Below are positions 38,705 to 50,791 of a DNA stretch of 64,000 bases, piece after piece. Position 1 is the first letter of the stretch. Every line of letters begins with the position of its first letter. The stretch lies in contig NW_027192217.1 of NCBI RefSeq assembly GCF_041956535.1, positions 178,196 through 242,195 of the forward strand, in the 5' to 3' direction. Made by a program: the position numbers and the translations under genes. Origin of the DNA: Calcarisporiella thermophila CBS 279.70 (lineage: Eukaryota > Fungi > Calcarisporiellomycota). Below the pieces are notes generated by a model. That model was not told where the DNA came from. It made no database searches and saw nothing but the letters and a program-made list of their open reading frames with translations.

Positions 38705-40076
38705 AATGGACCCTCCCTGCGACCTTCTCCGTCGCGTCTCTAAGGACCGGCCCTGAGGCCATTGAGCTGCCCATTGCCCAAGCCCGACTTCGGCCCTAGC
38801 CACAGGTCCGCAAACCTCGCAGCGTGGTAACCCAACCTTCGAGGGAAGCTTCAGTGGACGGTCCAGTCCTAATGGGGGACTATTTAGGTTCTCCTCCCCA
38901 CCTGAACCAGTGGCGTGAGCTGAAAAGCTGCTCTATGCCCTTACTGAAGCATAAGCATGCTTCGCTTCAGCATCCTTTAATTAACCTGCGTATGGTCTAG
39001 TGCGCAGGGCTGGCAACAGGAAATACCTTTCATCCGGAGCACCGAATTGCTCCCTATGCATTATCTCGGAGCTTGTTTGCGGGGGGCATTCAAAAGGGAA
39101 CTTGCGCCGCCTAAATAGTCAACCATTTTGCCCAGTTTATCGATGCTGCTGCGAAATGGAGCAGAGGATGCGTAGGGGCAGATCTAGGCTACGACTGTCC
39201 CAACTTCTCAACAGCCACGCCCAGCGGTGACAGAGTGCAGCCCGCGGCCGAGCCCATACCCGATTGACGGGGGGGAATGGCGCGAGCCTTGGAGACGCGA
39301 GCACAGAGAGCAGGGTTAGGTTCAATGCGGTCCTCTCCAATGCGCGCGCGGTGGCCCATGTCTTCAAGAGCCCCCTCCCCTTCTTGTAAGCTGAAACTCG
39401 TTTGCTGAACTCCGACCTCCGGATTTTCCAATGACTTGTTTGGATTCTCCGCATTCTCTGTCGGTCCTGGGGGCGAGCTCCAAGACTTCTTCTAAAGAGT
39501 CGAGGAGGATTCCAGCAATGCCGACACCAAGAGGGCTGGCATCGGTCCTCGCCTTATCCGCTGCCACGGCCGAACCCTTCGTTGGGCGGCTGGCTGGCGG
39601 GCCTGCCGACAAAACCGCGACCCAACCCCGAGCAGGCATTCCAAATCGGGAAACCCGGATCCAGTGCGCACGAGTCGTGGGGGGCAGAGTGCAATTGCCG
39701 AAAGCGGCTCCAACCCCTGCACGCTTTAGTCACGCTAAATGGACCGGCAGAGACGGGGCAGGGTGGTTGGCGGCGTCTCCGCAAAATCGAGACTTGCGCA
39801 CTTCGCGTGGCCATGGCCAAAGGGGCGGGAGAGCGAGGGCGGGCGCGTGCGCGAGGCCTGAGGCACTTCTTGACCAATTGGGCAGGGCAGGGCAGGGGTT
39901 CAGCAGCGAGGCAGCCGGACGAATCCAGGCGGGCAGCAGCAGATGAAACCCTCCACCGAGGCCTGCGGAATCCTGCCAATGCCAAGGGCCTAGGTTAGGG
40001 TTAGGCTGGAGGCTTCGATCCAGCGCGGCCGCTGACTGGCCGTGCGGCCTTCATTTGGGCTCCACCGCCTGAAGGG
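38705..40076. ncRNA. Putative large structured RNA (telomerase RNA candidate, or structured leader of the homeobox gene)
   Basis: GC-rich intergenic island with nested helices (38732-45/39287-300; 38871-88/39110-27; 38819-30/39137-49; 39506-13/39967-74), GAAA-capped hairpins, and GTTAGGGTTAG at 39994-40004. Confidence 0.5.
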
Positions 40077-40654
40077 TTGTGCTTACTTCACATGTTCCAC
40101 ATCTGGTAACCTGTGTTCCATCTCCAGTCGGCCTCGTATCCAGCACCAGCTGCAAAGCCGGAACCAGCAAGCCTCGTCCCCCCAAATCAGCCTCTGCGGG
40201 CCGCACTTTAGGTTTAATAATTGCAACCCAAGCTTTTCATTTAACCATGAGAATCGCCAGAAATGAATGGAGCTGAATAATGGAAAACACAATCGCACAG
40301 CACCATGCAGCCTCGCACTTGGAGTTGAGAGGGTGGGCCCGAATGGCGGATCCCCCAGCGTCCTTAACAGGAGATCCCAAATTGTCCATCCATTATCCAC
40401 TTTAAGTTATGAGAACGAAAAATCGCTGTTTTTAGCAATCCTCCTCACAGAAATTGAGCTGACTACTTGGAATCCGCGTCGGGTCAAGTCTCCCAGACGC
40501 TATTTTCCACCGCATTATTAAAAATCGATAAAATCGCTGTTCCGTCCCAGCTCTTGTCTGCTTTTTCCCGCCTGTTTTTCTCACTCGCCCCCTCCCGCCC
40601 GCCGCCCGCCCGCCCGCCCCTCCCCCCGCGCCCACCCCCGCCATTCTGTCTCCA

Positions 40655-42333
40655 ATGACGCTCTCGCCCTCCTCCTCCAACCCCCTTCAGCCCTCAAAAC
40701 TCAATATCGCCAATCTCCTCAACAAGGATGCCCACCATGACGGCCCCGAGCCCATGGATTACATAGCCGAATCGGCCGCCATCTGCCGGCCACCCCCCCA
40801 ATCATCGGCGCCGCTCCCGCATAGACCATGCAGCATTCGTACCCACTGGTCCTCCCTGGATTCCGACTTGACACGAGAATTCGATGCTAAAGTCGGCAAA
40901 TTACAAATTAACGACCAGCATCCGTTACCCTCTCTGCAATCCGACAGCCACCCCTCGCTGAACAACCCCATGCTGACTCCTCCCTCCGATACTCTGCAAG
41001 CCAATGTCCGATCCTCCCTTCCCCGATTCCCCTCCCACTTCGAGCAATTCTCATCGGCTTCCCCCGTCTCGGTGCATCCGCCACAGGAATCCCCGAGTGG
41101 ATTTCCAATTCGAGATCCCCCACTGCACTCCACATCTATGCACCCCTCGACCACAGATAGATTCCCATCCCTGCACTCCCCCCCGCTCCCCGCGCAGCCA
41201 ATCCCCTCCAGACATCCCCCTAATCTCCCAAGAAATGATGAGCCCTGCCCGCTTCCCCCCCAGTTTCCTACCCACATGAACATGAGCAATAGTCGACGAG
41301 CCCAGGAGTACGACGGCCCGATAGGGGAGAGGACCGAGCCAAACCGGCGCACTTCCGAGCCCTCGCTTGGAGAATACTCCCCCCACCCCTCTGCCGAGAG
41401 CCATTCGGCCTACAGCCAGCCAAACCCTCAGGTCGCCCTGATGCTGAAGGCGAAGCGAAAGAGAGCAAATGCTGAGCAGCTCAAGGTGCTTAATCAGGTA
41501 TTCCAGACGACCTTCTTTCCATCCACCGAGCTGCGCATCCAGCTGGGCAAACAGCTTGGCATGAGCCCGAGAACCGTGCAAATATGGTAACTTTAGCATC
41601 GCCTTGCATCGAGACGGACTGGCATATCGAGTTGCGTTCTTTTCCCCTAATTAGGTTCCAGAACCGGAGACAAGCGTGGAGAACAAAAGCAAAGCACGAG
41701 AAGTCGGAGTCAAGTCACCATAACCCCACCCCAAGTAATAATAGTAACAGCATCGCTAATCACAACCCTAATCATGACGAAGAGATGGATGACCAGGCGG
41801 GCTGGAGCAGTCGCTCGCTGCACCGTCAGCCGTCATACGAGTCGCTGAATTCGCTGGCTGCTATCTCGACAAGAAGTGCGCCGGCCGCAAGCTACCACCA
41901 CCACCCCCACCACCAAAACGCGAATTCGCTTCCTCAGCCATCCAGCCTTCTCCAATCCCCATCAGATAGCCTTTACTCTCAGCCACCCCCATTACCTACC
42001 CCGCTTACGAGTTATCCAATGCCATCCCAAGCCACCGACAAACCAGAGCCCTCCCTCTCTCGCCAAGTCCCAATAGGACCCTCGCACCGATCTCTCTCCA
42101 TGCTCACTTCCGAGCCTCCACCACCCCCAAACCACCCGCTACTCCATTCGCCCCCCCCTGGTTTTCCCCCCGCCCATCACCCACACAGGCCGGCCACCAC
42201 GTTAAGCACTACATCGCCGCCATCCTACGACCAGCGCTATGCTCATGCTGACAGTTCCTATGCTGGACCCGGGAAGATGCTAGCCAGGCTTCCGCCCCTG
42301 GTGCGAAACCACGACGGGAATTTTAGTTCTTAG
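40655..42333 (+). CDS. Homeodomain transcription factor (Yox1/Yhp1-like)
   Basis: KRKRANAEQLKVLNQVF..FPSTELRIQLGKQLGMSPRTVQIW|FQNRRQ, with an intron in helix 3; Pro/Ser-rich flanks. Confidence 0.92.
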
Positions 42334-43227
42334 CCATCAGACGAAATCGACTAAAGAATCTGTTACCAAGGAGTGTAAATATAAAGCGTAGTTTTCTGGG
42401 GATGTTTCTGTTCCAGATCTGTTTTCTATTGCTGCTTTTTATTTTTTTTTTTAATCACGGATTAATTCTCTCGCTGTTTTTTTATTATTTCTTTCCCAAA
42501 AGCAATTCCATCGTTGAACTTTCTAATATATACATATCTATTTCGTATACTTTTGTGTCGCTCAACTTGTAACAGGGAAGCTGTAAGCGTAAATACACTC
42601 CTAGCGATCGTCAGCACGATCATGCATGTGTAAGCAAATCTAGACTGGGGTGCTCCCTCTCGTCGTTTATCGCACTGGAAGCACCGTGCAAAACGAGGCC
42701 ACTCGTGGATGCTGGGCATGCACGAGGGGTCTCGTTTTGCGCGTCCCTAATACGACCTCGCATTCAGCCGAACCCACACTCAGTGACGATGAAAACAAGC
42801 GGGGCTAAACTTATCGATGGGGGGAGAGGGGAGGGGGGGGAGGGAATGGCGCCTCATGAGTAATTAAACTATCTTTAAGCTCTTAGGTTGACTTGAGAAT
42901 TTGGGTTGCCACGATTTAAAATTTTCGGAGAATCTGATGGCGTGCTGCTATTCTTATTATTATATTTGATTTTTATTGAAAAATTTAAGGTTTTGAGTAA
43001 ATAATAAAAAAAAGTACATAAATAATTTTTGATAAGGTTGAAATAATCCTTATGCGTCTAGAGTTTGCCATAGTAACTAGAGAAAGAGCAAAAAAAAGTG
43101 AAGCGGAAGAAATAGGTTAGTATTTGTGGATAGAATTAGAGTTACCAATAACACATACATCATAGCGGTTGAATGGATTAAGCTTAGAATGGACCATAGT
43201 GTACCAAATGGGAACCATGGCAACCTT

Positions 43228-46026
43228 TTATAGCTTGTCATAGTAACTAGAATGCAAAAAGAAAGCAGATGAGTGATCCGTCCAATGCAAGCACTACCAG
43301 CTGAGAAGAGCGCAACATACCGATCAAGAGGAGGAACCTCTTCAGAAAGACCCTTGCGCTTCCGCACACCAGTGATAATATCGTAGACCTTGTTTCCGGA
43401 CTCGAGAGGGTTGCCAGGCATGAGCTGCCAGTGGTCGAACACCATCTGAGGGAAGGCCTGACCACCGGTCTGGGAACGGAGATCAGCAGTGAATCCGAAG
43501 GATTCGTTGACGGGGATGTAGGCCTTGACGTTGTAGAGCGGGGTACCAGGGCGCTGCTCCTCGGAGAACACGTGACCACGGCGACGATTGAGGGTGGAGT
43601 AGATACCACCAATGGCGTTCTCGGGACACTGGATCTCAACAAGGTACATGGGCTCCATGATGGTGGGGTTGGCAAGGAGCATAGCAGCGTACACGACACG
43701 ACGGCAGGTAGGCATGATCTGACCTCCACCACGATGGATAGCATCAGCGTGCAAGGTAACATCGAGGATGTTGAAGCGACAGCCACGCATGTTCTCCTCA
43801 GCCAGGACACCCTCCTTGGTAGCCCACTGGAATGCAGCTACGCAAGAGTCCTTGATTTCGTTAAGGTATTGCACAGCCTTGGTCTGATCGACAAGCAAGT
43901 TGGCGCCAGTGGTGTCGGGACCGAAGGACCAGATCTTACGGGCATCGGTGACGTCCCAGCCGTATTCTTCAGCAAGAAGGCGGGCACGAACCTTGAAATC
44001 GTCACGGGCGCTGACCTTGCCGGATTCGATGTCGTTGGAGAGCTCCTCGGCGAGGGGCTCAGCCTTCACGAACAGACGGTTGTGCTTGTTGGGCGACTTG
44101 GAAAGAGCGGTCATGGTGGACTCAGTGGTCACGGTCTCACGGTACTGCACGACAGGGTCACCTGTCTTGATCGGGACCTGAGCGTGATCCTCCTCAAGAT
44201 CCTTCAAGCAAATCTCCAAGTGGAGCTCACCAGCGCCGGCAACAATGTGCTCACCGGAGTCGGAGGTGTAGCACTGAACGCAAGGGTCAGACTTGGAGAG
44301 ACGCTTGAGACCTTCGACAAGCTTGGGAAGATCGTTGGCGTTCTTGACGTCGACGGCAACTTGCACGACAGGGGAGACGGAGAATTTCATGACCTTGAGG
44401 TTGTGTGCAGTCTCGCTTGTGGTGATGGTACCGGACTTGAGCAAGAACTGATCAACACCAACAAGACCCACAATGTTACCGGCGGGACAGTCCTCAATAG
44501 CCTCGACATAGCGACCCATCATGAGAATGGTACGCTGAATGTTCTTCAAGAACAAATCTTCCTTCTTGCCAGGCTGGTAGTTAGGACCCTGAATGCGGAC
44601 CTTCTGACCAGAGCGGACAGTGCCGGAGAACACACGACCGAAGGCGTAGAAACGTCCTGAACGAATAATAAGAATAAGCATGTGTAGACGAGAGAAACGG
44701 AAGCATGGAATACATACCCTTATCAGAGGTCGGCACCATCTTGGACACGTAAAGCATGAGGGGTGCGTTGGGGTCGCAGTTGCGGATACCGTTGGCGCAC
44801 TCATCATCCTGAGGACCTTCATAAAGATTCTCCACACGATACTTCTGAGCAGTAACGGGCGAGGGCAAGTGGATACAAATCATTTGAAGAAGAGCCTCAC
44901 CGGCGGGCAAGAATTTGCGCATCACAACCTTGAGGAGGGCCTTTCCTTCAAGATCCTTCTCGTCACTCTTGAGGGGAATTTCGAGTTTGGAGAGCATCAT
45001 CTCAGTCTGCTCCTTCTTGAAGTTCATGATGGCATCGAAGAGCTTGTAAATAGGATCAAGAACGAACATACAGAAGGCACGCTCAAGAGGCTTGCCAGCA
45101 GCATCAGTAGACTTGGTAGTCCACTTCTTGGTAGCGGGATTGAAGTAGTTCTCGCCCCAAAGCTTTTGCATCATCTTCTCGCGGTCAACACCGAACTTCT
45201 TGGAGTAGCGGCTGGCGAACTGGCGGAGGGTGAAACCCCATCCGTGGAGACCGGAACCGAAGGCGACGGTGCCCTTCTCGGGGTACACCTGCACATCACC
45301 GAGGATCTTGTCGTTGTAGGTGGAGATAATCACGTTCACGGTCTCGATGGTACGCTGGAAGGACTGGTAGAGGTCCTCCTTGGGAAGTTGCAATTCAAGG
45401 AGAGCACGGTCAACCTTGTTGATAATCACAACAGGCTTGATACGCTCACCGAGAGCCTGACGGAGCACAGTCTCAGTCTGCACACACACACCCTCAACAC
45501 AGTCGACGACAACGAGAGCACCGTCAGTAACACGAAGAGCGGCAGTAACTTCAGACGAGAAATCTACGTGCCCGGGGGAGTCGATCAAATTGATCAAAAA
45601 CTCTTTGCCTATGTTTCCAAAAAAAATCTATTAGATATAGAATTTCAAATCGGAATAATGCATTATATTAATTACCCTTAGTTTCCTGCTTGACATCCGT
45701 CACATCCTCATCATCAAGAGCGAAGAACATGGAGATAGCAGTAGACTTGATGGTAATGCATCGGTCCTGCTCATCTTGGCGGGTATCGGTGAAGCGGGTT
45801 TCTCCAGCGCGTGCAGAGGAGATAATACCGGCCTTGGACACAAGGGAATCGGTAAGGGTGGACTTGCCGTGATCGACGTGGGCAATGACGGACATATTGC
45901 GCACGTTGGTGACACGGTCCATAAGACCACGGATCTATCATTAAAGAGTTGGTGTTAATAATTTTGCAAAAAAAAACAGCATCAAATCATCCATCTACAT
46001 ACCTCATCTACGGTGAAGTTGACCAT
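43228..46026 (-). CDS. EFT1: Translation elongation factor 2
   Basis: [48 protein letters not shown], diphthamide motif [14 protein letters not shown]-terminal YYDKL*. Confidence 0.98.
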
Positions 46027-46240
46027 CTTTTCTTACTCCTTTATTTTTTTAGCAGATAAACTGATGGATGGATGCAAAAATGCAAAGGATGGTCGCGGAC
46101 AAGTACGAGCAACGATTGAGAACAACAATTTAAAGCATTTCACCTGGCTGAGATTGAATTTGTTGCCATAATAAATATCCTCGAGCATCTCAGTTTATAA
46201 TGAATCTATTAAAGTGGCAAATATACTTATAACTGCTCCA

Positions 46241-47189
46241 ATGTCCTCGCATTCAGATAATTTATCAAATCCATCAGTGCGGAATATTCTTATCGGCGTT
46301 ACTGGAAGTGTTGCTACCATTAAACTACCTCACCTTGTTCGGCATTTCCTTTCAGTATGCTTTATTGGTTGTTTTTATTCAATTTAAACTGTGCTAATGT
46401 TTGATCTCCTCAGGATCCCACCGTCGAAGTGAAGGTTGTAACAACCAAGCATGCACGCCACTTTTTTAACAAAGAGGATCTTCCCAATTCTTGTGAGGTG
46501 TTGGGAGATGAAGACGAATGGAAGGTATAATCTAAACTTCAAATCATACTGACAAAATATTCACCTCGAATTGGTTACCTTAATAATAGATGTGGAACAA
46601 AATGCAAGACCCTGTTCTCCATATTGAGGTGAGTTGATGCAATGTATATGAATCGTTCGTATAATGCTTCAATGTCTTGTATTCATTGGCTCTTTTTTGT
46701 AATATATAGCTGAGAAACTGGGCCGATATGCTTGTCATTGCTCCTCTGGATGCCAACACTTTATCAAAATGTGCTAATGGACTTTGTGATAATCTTTTGG
46801 TAATTTAAATATTTGCAAACGATCATTTGGTATTGGTATTTGCATTCATTTACTCTTTTCAGACCTGTATAATTCGCGCATGGGACATTACACGTCCCAT
46901 TGTTATTGCGCCTGCAATGAATACTAATATGTGGAGTCACCCATTTACAGCACGTCATCTTAATATCCTTACCAAAGAATTTGGTTATCATGTTGTGCAA
47001 CCGGTGAGCAAGAAGCTGGCATGCGGAGATGTTGGTAGGTGAAATATTCTCATATTCTCCTTCGCGTATGCTTACCTCTTCTCTTCTTCTACTAAAGGCG
47101 TTGGAGGCATGGCTGATCCTCTTGTCATCGTTAATACCGCTAAAGCTGTGCTCGATTCAAGTGTGGGGAAATGCACCAAAACGCAATAA
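46241..47189 (+). CDS. Phosphopantothenoylcysteine decarboxylase (PPCDC/Hal3/Cab3 family)
   Basis: ILIGVTGSVATIK, DPVLHIELRNWADMLVIAPLDANTLSK, APAMNTNMWSHP, KLACGDVGVGGMA. Confidence 0.92.
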
Positions 47190-48130
47190 AAACTATTCCA
47201 TTTTTATTTATTTATTAACCATACTTTTAGAATATTCTTCTTTTCTTTCTCTCAAATGCAAATTGATTCACCAAATCAAATGTATAACATACAAGTGCCT
47301 AAATTGGATTTCTAAGATAATTATTTTACAATATCAAGTGATAAAGAGAACGCATTTGCAATTATTTTGAAGTAAGGGCCCATCAAACTAACTGACGGCT
47401 GACAGTGGCATCACATTGGTCTTATTTCCCAAATATTTTGAAAGCGAGACAGTTAGTTTTTCTTTGAAGTTTTCACGATTCAACTGTTAAATCTCGCCCA
47501 AAGGTCATAGACTGAGGAAAAGGCTATTCATATGATTGTTCTAAGAACTTATCTGATGATATCCGCCGGTTTCTATTATCTTTTTTTAGAGCTGGATTGT
47601 TCACCATCTTCATGAGGTTAGGAGCCGCAGGTTGGATCCAGCATACAAAGAAAAATGGCTTATTGCTTAGTACAAATATTTCCACTAAAAAGTGATTTAC
47701 AGCGTTTAAAAATAAGAAAATGACAGAAAACATTGTCCAAAGGCTATTGAATACTCTGACATTCACCATTGCCTAGATATTACAACCGGGTGGATTGTAC
47801 AGAGGAATACAGTGATATGATAGGTTTCCTTTGTAAGATCAAAACTTGTTGCCTCTGTCTCAAATAAAAAGCACCTATTATTGTGTAGTATATGACCTTC
47901 GGATAGAGCATAACAACATTTGGGAAAATTTAATGTGATAATTCATATTTAAGTATCGTGTTGAAGCAGACCAAACAATGTGTTCTTTTATTAATATTTC
48001 AAAAAATAATTTATTAAGAAATATTTGGACAGTCACTTCTTTGTTGCCATTCTTTGATGTAAATTTCAATATAAATTAACAGCAGTCTCGAATGCTTTAT
48101 GATTTATAGTCGCAAATTCAGAAGAGGAGA

Positions 48131-49524
48131 ATGATATCAAGGCGTCTTTTAGAAAGATTTTCTTCTTATTCTCGGTTAAATTTTCGCTCTTTGGGCTCGT
48201 ACTCCACCACTCGTATTAATAGCGATAAAGTTTTCCGGGTTCTTGGCATCGAAACTTCATGCGATGATACTTCCGCTGCCGTAGTCACCAGCGACCGACG
48301 CATCTTATCCGAAGCTATTCATACCCAGCATAGCTTACACAAAAAAATGGGCGGTGTTGTTCCTAATATCGCGTTGCGCTCTCATGCTGCCAATCTCCCT
48401 AGGATAGTACGAGAAGCGCTGGATAATGCCTCTCTTGAAATCGAAGATATTGACGTTATTGCCGTGACACGAGGTCCAGGAATTGCCCCATGTCTTTCAG
48501 TAGGAATGAATGCCGCAAAAACTCTGGCTGCTGTGACCAGGTAGTTTAATGCAGCGTTCACTTCTATTTTTGTGCCGGATATCTTACCATATTATTTCTA
48601 AAGAAAACCTTTGATAGGCGTTCACCATATGGTAGGTTGATTTGAACGTTTTGAATACACATGCGCATTATCCTGACTTTTTCTAAAGGAAGCTCACGCA
48701 TTAACCGCTCGCCTCACAACAGCAGATCCCACACAATCCTCTCCGTTACCTGAATTCCCATTTCTTACTCTACTAATTTCCGGGGGACATACGCTTATTC
48801 TTGTTGCCCACTCAGTTAATAACTATACTCAACTAGGCACAACCCTTGATGATTCGATAGGAGAAGCATTCGATAAAACTGCGCGAACACTTGGGCTTCC
48901 TTGGCCGGAAGGACGCGGTGGAGGACTCGGGGTCGCTCTAGAGCAGGCAGCTTCAAAGGGTGATCCGGTACGATTCGGTCAAGCTCTTCCCATTCCGATG
49001 GAAGATGCGGTCCATGGCAAGGGGATGAATTTCAGCTTCAGTGGGCTCAAAACCGCGGTTAAATATATGATTGAACGACAGCAGTTAAATTTAAGCGATG
49101 ATCAAGTCGTATGCGATCTTGCAGCAGGCTTTCAGTCCAAAGCCGTCATGCACTTAGAAAGAAAGTTGGCTAAGGCTCTGAAATGGTGCGAATCCAACAA
49201 TGTGCACCTGACTAGTTTGGTGGTGAGCGGAGGTGTGGCCAGCAACCAACATGTTAGGTCGAGGTATACTTTGTCTTTTTTTCTGCAGTTTGAAGAAGCA
49301 CTCAATTGACTAGTCTCTAAAGATTATCCCAGCTAGCTGGATCCCACCAACTTTCGCTGATTTGCCCTCCACCACATTTATGCACTGATAATGGGGTTAT
49401 GATTGCATGGGCAGGAGTAGAAAGGTATCGAGCGGGCCTTATAGACGATATTAGCATCGATTTCATTCCCAAGTGGCCAATTGAAAATTTGAAGGAAATA
49501 TATCAGGGTCAAGGGATGAGATAG
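48131..49524 (+). CDS. QRI7: Mitochondrial tRNA threonylcarbamoyltransferase (Qri7/OSGEPL1)
   Basis: VLGIETSCDDT, GVHHMEAH, LLISGGHT, TLDDSIGEAFDK, FSFSGLKT, SGGVASN, CTDNGVMIAW; mitochondrial-type presequence. Confidence 0.93.
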
Positions 49525-49789
49525 ATGTAGGTTGTTAGACATGTTTGATCATTGTTATTAATTCCACTGGCTTTGAAGATCAATCGAAATGAACATTAAT
49601 GATAGATTGCAATTATACTGTAATATATAAAAGCAAATTATGAAAAATTATCATCCGCTACTCAAGAGTTGGTATACATTCTACTAATGTTGATTATTGT
49701 ATGACTTTTAATGACCATAGCATTGCCCACTCGAAAATCACAAGGTATTATTGCCAAATATAAGATTAAAGCATAAACAACTAAATAGA

Positions 49790-50464
49790 TCATTTGAGTT
49801 TCTTTGCATCAGATCGGAGACAGCGGCCTACGCTCGTAGTAAGATACTCCCATGATTGCCAAATGAGGAGCGATGGGATTATCGTCCACAAAATATTGAA
49901 AAAGAAGAAGTACACCCACGTGTAAATCCAGTGTGGGTTGATGTGAGGCGAGCCCTCAAATAGAGTGGTCGCAAAATAGAGCACACAACCATAGAGCTGC
50001 CCGAGGGACACGACGAGCTGGACAATGTGGCGGTAAGGCTTGTTTGAATATATGGCGTAGCAGCACAGGTAAGAGAGGGGTCCCCAGAAAAGAGCGGTGA
50101 TACGCTCCATGTTGACGACAAAGGAATCGCTCGTGAGATAACGCGAGTCACCATGCGCATATTCTTTCCATAGCTGGCCTAGGAATGTCTGATCGCCGGC
50201 CATGGTTGAGTGAAAGACGCCGAAATAGCCCTCGAGGACGAAATGGATCAGGCCACACACAGCAAACCAAAGGAAGATGGCCCGGTGCACACCCTGGACT
50301 TTTGGATGATCGCGTACCATTAAATACCCAGCAACCATGGTTATTAGAACGGGAACCCCGATGCCCGCCAAGCATTGGGACATGGAAAGAGTGTTGGGCG
50401 TGTAATTTGAAATGATAGCATTGCGCGGGTAGTAAGGGTGTTGGATGGCACTCTCGTTCGGCAT
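49790..50464 (-). CDS. Emopamil-binding protein family sterol delta8-delta7 isomerase
   Basis: HPYYP, WFAVCGLIHFVLEGYF, QLWKEYAHGDSRY, MERITA..GPLS, GQLYGCVLYF; intronless. Confidence 0.9.
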   Translation of the reverse strand: MPNESAIQHPYYPRNAIISNYTPNTLSMSQCLAGIGVPVLITMVAGYLMVRDHPKVQGVHRAIFLWFAVCGLIHFVLEGYFGVFHSTMAGDQTFLGQLWKEYAHGDSRYLTSDSFVVNMERITALFWGPLSYLCCYAIYSNKPYRHIVQLVVSLGQLYGCVLYFATTLFEGSPHINPHWIYTWVYFFFFNILWTIIPSLLIWQSWEYLTTSVGRCLRSDAKKLK

Positions 50465-50791
50465 TTTGTCGTAATTGAGGAGTGGAAGAAGAGCTTAACG
50501 GTACAGAAAAGTTGTACACTTTTGAGCAGCGAATAAGACACCGAAGAAAATAGGCAGTGTAAACATTGTAATTTGCTGGATATTTGTACACAAATACTCG
50601 CGGGCATCCAAACACATCTCTTCAGGTGGTCCAATCCTTCAAAAGAATTCAAAAAAGTAAGGGGGAAAAAAATAGTATTATCAAAGAGCAGAAAAAAAGG
50701 AACGGAGGGATATCAAATACAAAATCGCGCTACAAACACTCTTACATAGAAAATCCACATGATTTGCAAAGATATTCAATAAGTGGAGGCA

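Noticed and set aside
38842-39270. RNase P-like words (GGGAAGCTTCAGTGG, GAGTGCA, ACCCGATT) and group I intron-like GACTA/TAGTC pairing
   Set aside because: No valid P4 pairing between the CR-I-like and CR-V-like words, and no room for a P4-P6 domain; resemblance only.
39000-40400. Multiple overlapping ORFs in the GC-rich island
   Set aside because: They occur in many frames on both strands, are Arg/Ala/Gly/Pro-rich and often lack ATG starts; typical of GC-rich non-coding DNA.
43431-45681. Long plus-strand ORFs (409 and 333 aa) antisense to eEF2
   Set aside because: Mirror ORFs expected from the strong codon bias of a highly expressed gene; no recognisable motifs.
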